Assembly: GCA_945957395.1 (NCBI GenBank)
Contig: CAMFKE010000005.1
Span: 1-64,000, forward strand
Direction: 5' to 3'
Length of the DNA: 64,000 nucleotides
Source: an uncultured Opitutia bacterium
GTDB taxonomy: Bacteria > Verrucomicrobiota > Verrucomicrobiia > Opitutales > UBA953
The notes under the pieces are model-generated. The model saw only the letters and a list, made by a program, of their open reading frames with translations. It did no database searches and was not told where the DNA came from. Positions 61,614-64,000 of the stretch are shown here, piece by piece. The stretch's first letter is position 1; every line of letters starts with the position of its first letter. The translations under genes were made by a program, and so were the position numbers.

Positions 61614-62264
61614 TCAGGCCGTAAGTTCGCGAATAAAGGAGGCCTTGTCGGCGGCCTTGAAGAAGGCGGAACCGGCGACAAGAGTATCCGTTCCGGCATT
61701 ACGGCAACGACGGCCGGTCTCAAGGTTCACGCCGCCGTCCACCTCGATGCGGTAGCTGAGGCCGCGCTTGTCGCGCCACGCCGCGAGCTTCTCGATTTTG
61801 GGAAGCACCTCGGGGATGAAGGACTGTCCGCCGAAACCGGGAAAGACCGTCATCGCGAGCACCAGATCCACCTCGTCAAGGAACGGCTCCACGCGCTCGG
61901 CGGGGATATCGGGATTGAAGGCGATGCCGGCCTGGCAGCCCAGTTCCCGGATGCGGCGCAGCGTGCCGCGCACATCGTAATCGGGCTCCACATGGATGGA
62001 GATGAGCTGGGCGCCGGCCTTCGCAAAGGCGTCGATATGCCGATGCGGATTCGAAAGCATCAGGTGCGTGTCGAAGAAGAGCTTCGAGCCCGGGCGCAGG
62101 TCGGCGAGCGTCTGCGGCCCCCAGGTCAGATTCGGCACGAAGTGCCCGTCCATGATGTCCAGGTGAACCCACTCCAAGCCGGCATTCTCGATGACGGCGA
62201 GCGACTCGGCGAGCCGGGCGTGATTGCCCGCGAGGAGCGAAGGGGCGAGGAGAGGTCGATGCAT
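61614..62264 (-). CDS. rpe: Ribulose-phosphate 3-epimerase
   Basis: APSLLAGNHARL, VHLDIMDGHFVPN, DTHLM, VDGGVN motifs. ATG at 62264 verified. Confidence 0.9.
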   Translation of the reverse strand: MHRPLLAPSLLAGNHARLAESLAVIENAGLEWVHLDIMDGHFVPNLTWGPQTLADLRPGSKLFFDTHLMLSNPHRHIDAFAKAGAQLISIHVEPDYDVRGTLRRIRELGCQAGIAFNPDIPAERVEPFLDEVDLVLAMTVFPGFGGQSFIPEVLPKIEKLAAWRDKRGLSYRIEVDGGVNLETGRRCRNAGTDTLVAGSAFFKAADKASFIRELTA

Positions 62265-62382
62265 GGCGGAACAGTTCGATAGGCGAACGCGTCCCGCCGG
62301 AAAACCGAAAACTGAATGCGGCGGGGCAAAAAAGCGCCCCCACCGCACCAAGCCTACCGGCCGCTCACCGCCGGCGCGCCCA

Positions 62383-63510
62383 TCACTCCGGCAAGCCTAC
62401 GGCCACAGCATCGGCGAGCAGCCGACCCTCGTCCGTCAACCGAATGACCGGTCCGTCGCGCACGAGCAGGCCCTCCTCGACCAGGTCGGACAGGTAGCGC
62501 TCCAGCCGGGCCGGGGGCTCGACACCAAAGCGCGCGGCGGCCTCCGCCACATCCACGCCGGAGTTCAGCCGCAAACCGAAGGTGAGCGCATCGTTGAACA
62601 GGACCGCCGGCGTGAGCTCCACCACCTGCTCGCGCGCCGGCTCGCCCGAGCCGAGGGCGTCGAGCCACCGCGCCAGGTCCGCGGGGTTCTGGAAACGACG
62701 CCCCGCGAACTGCGAGGCGGCGGCCGGCCCGTACCCAAGCCACTCGTGCATGCGCCAGGTGTTCAAATTATGGAGACACTCGTGCCCGGGCCGCGAAAAG
62801 TTCGAAACCTCGTATTGGGCGAATCCGGCGTCGGCCAGAAAAGCCCAGGTGCGCCGATACAGCGCCGCCTCGCGATCCGGATCGGGCTTCACCTTGCCCT
62901 TCGCCAGCTTCACGAACAGCGCGGCGTCCTCCTCGAAAGTCAGGCAGTAGGTGCTCAGGTGGTCCGGGGCGAGCCGCACGGCCTCCGCCAGATCCTTTGT
63001 CCAACGCTCCTCGTCCTGCCCGGGGATGGCGAAGATAAGGTCGAGATTGGCGCTCGCGAAGCCCGCCTCGCGCACCAGCTCCCAGGCCTGATAAATCTGC
63101 GTGGGCGAATGCTGCCGCCCCAGGGCGTCCAGCGTGGCGTCGTCGAAGCTCTGGATGCCCATGGACACGCGCGTCACGCCCATCTCGCGCAAGGCGACCA
63201 GCTTGTCGCGCTTCACCGACGAGGGCGCCAGTTCGATCGTCCACTCCGAGACCGGACCGCCCGCCGCCCGCAGGAAGTGTTCGCCGAGTTCGCGCAGGTC
63301 GTCCGCCGGCAGCAACCCGGGCGTGCCGCCGCCCCAGAAGATGGTGTCGGCGCGCCGCCCCGGCGGCACAAGATCCACCTCGCGCCGTATTCCGGCCAGG
63401 TAGTTTTTGATGTCACCGCGCTTGGGCGCGATCTGGTAGAACGCGCAAAAGTCGCAGGTGGTGGAGCAGAACGGGACATGCCCGTAGAGTCCGAGTGGCG
63501 TGTGCGACAT
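62383..63510 (-). CDS. hemW: Radical SAM heme chaperone HemW / oxygen-independent coproporphyrinogen-III oxidase-like protein
   Basis: YGHVPFCSTTCDFCAF (CxxxCxxC), GGGTPGLL, and HemN C-terminal domain. ATG at 63510 verified. Confidence 0.85.
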   Translation of the reverse strand: MSHTPLGLYGHVPFCSTTCDFCAFYQIAPKRGDIKNYLAGIRREVDLVPPGRRADTIFWGGGTPGLLPADDLRELGEHFLRAAGGPVSEWTIELAPSSVKRDKLVALREMGVTRVSMGIQSFDDATLDALGRQHSPTQIYQAWELVREAGFASANLDLIFAIPGQDEERWTKDLAEAVRLAPDHLSTYCLTFEEDAALFVKLAKGKVKPDPDREAALYRRTWAFLADAGFAQYEVSNFSRPGHECLHNLNTWRMHEWLGYGPAAASQFAGRRFQNPADLARWLDALGSGEPAREQVVELTPAVLFNDALTFGLRLNSGVDVAEAAARFGVEPPARLERYLSDLVEEGLLVRDGPVIRLTDEGRLLADAVAVGLPE

Positions 63511-63594
63511 GAACCGGTGATGAACGGCAAAAGGACCGATGCACAAGGCGCAATTGCCCGTCACGCGTTTCCGGCCCCCTCCGGCGCGGCGTCT

Positions 63595-64000
63595 CTATCG
63601 GCGCTTCGCCTTGCGCACCACATTGCCCGCCCGCGCGTCGGGCGACGGCGGCGCGACGGGCGCCCTGCGGGGCGCCTCCTCAACCGGTGCGGCGGGCTTG
63701 CCCTTGAACAGCCGCTTCACCAGTCGGTTGATGACCCCCGACTTCGCCGGCGCCTCCGGCTCGGCCGAAGGCTGCCTGACCGGCGCCGGCGCGGGTCGCG
63801 CCACGCGTCCCTCGGGCTGCTCCTGTCGCCCACCCTGTCGGCCATGGCGACCCGAAGTCTTCGCAGGCGGCTGAACCGAAAACACTTTGCCCCGCGGCTT
63901 CTCCTTGCGCTCGAGCTTTCCGGACTTCGGCGCTCGGGCCGAGGGTGCGGGCGGCGTCGCGCCCCGCTCATCACGCCGTTCCTGACGCGCCTGGCGCGCC
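63595..64000 (-). CDS. 3' end of a gene extending beyond the window (Arg/Pro/Ala-rich C-terminus ...NVVRKAKRR)
   Basis: Open minus-strand frame from the window edge to the stop at 63595. Only a low-complexity tail is visible; identity unknown. Confidence 0.3.
   Translation of the reverse strand, partial: ARQARQERRDERGATPPAPSARAPKSGKLERKEKPRGKVFSVQPPAKTSGRHGRQGGRQEQPEGRVARPAPAPVRQPSAEPEAPAKSGVINRLVKRLFKGKPAAPVEEAPRRAPVAPPSPDARAGNVVRKAKRR

Overview
This 64-kb window is a high-GC (~68-70%) bacterial chromosomal segment. About 65 protein-coding genes are packed on both strands with short intergenic gaps, several ending in clear rho-independent terminators. Most genes are housekeeping: secA, dnaX, argS, trpS, glyA, purD, hisD, lpd, fmt, rpe, argA, trpF, hemD, glnB, menA, nuoG, nuoA, and ribosomal proteins S21, L33, L21 and L27. 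The gene content (a DUF1559/prepilin-type pseudopilin, an HpnH-like radical SAM enzyme, scattered nuo genes) is compatible with a Verrucomicrobia/Planctomycetes-like lineage, but that is inference only. I saw no rRNA, tRNA, CRISPR array, transposase, integrase or prophage gene. The most notable items are: (1) a PTS EIIA(Ntr)-like domain fused to a diadenylate cyclase (DAC) domain, with an RHS variant of the RHR motif, 2.5 kb downstream of hpf; (2) a dnaX A8 run with an immediately out-of-frame TAA exactly at the tau/gamma boundary; (3) a run of uncharacterized membrane and secreted proteins (a DUF3592 membrane protein, an arrestin-like small protein, a secreted 499-aa protein) next to a Hanks kinase whose catalytic loop is arranged as in tyrosine kinases (HRDVGPKN); (4) a ~52% GC single-gene islet (DUF2059); (5) a catalytically degenerate S41-peptidase homologue; (6) a 128-bp multi-hairpin palindromic element; (7) ribosomal protein L27 with a CGCSCSCGV tail. 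All family assignments come from reading motifs in the supplied translations. No database search was possible, so they are hypotheses of varying strength.
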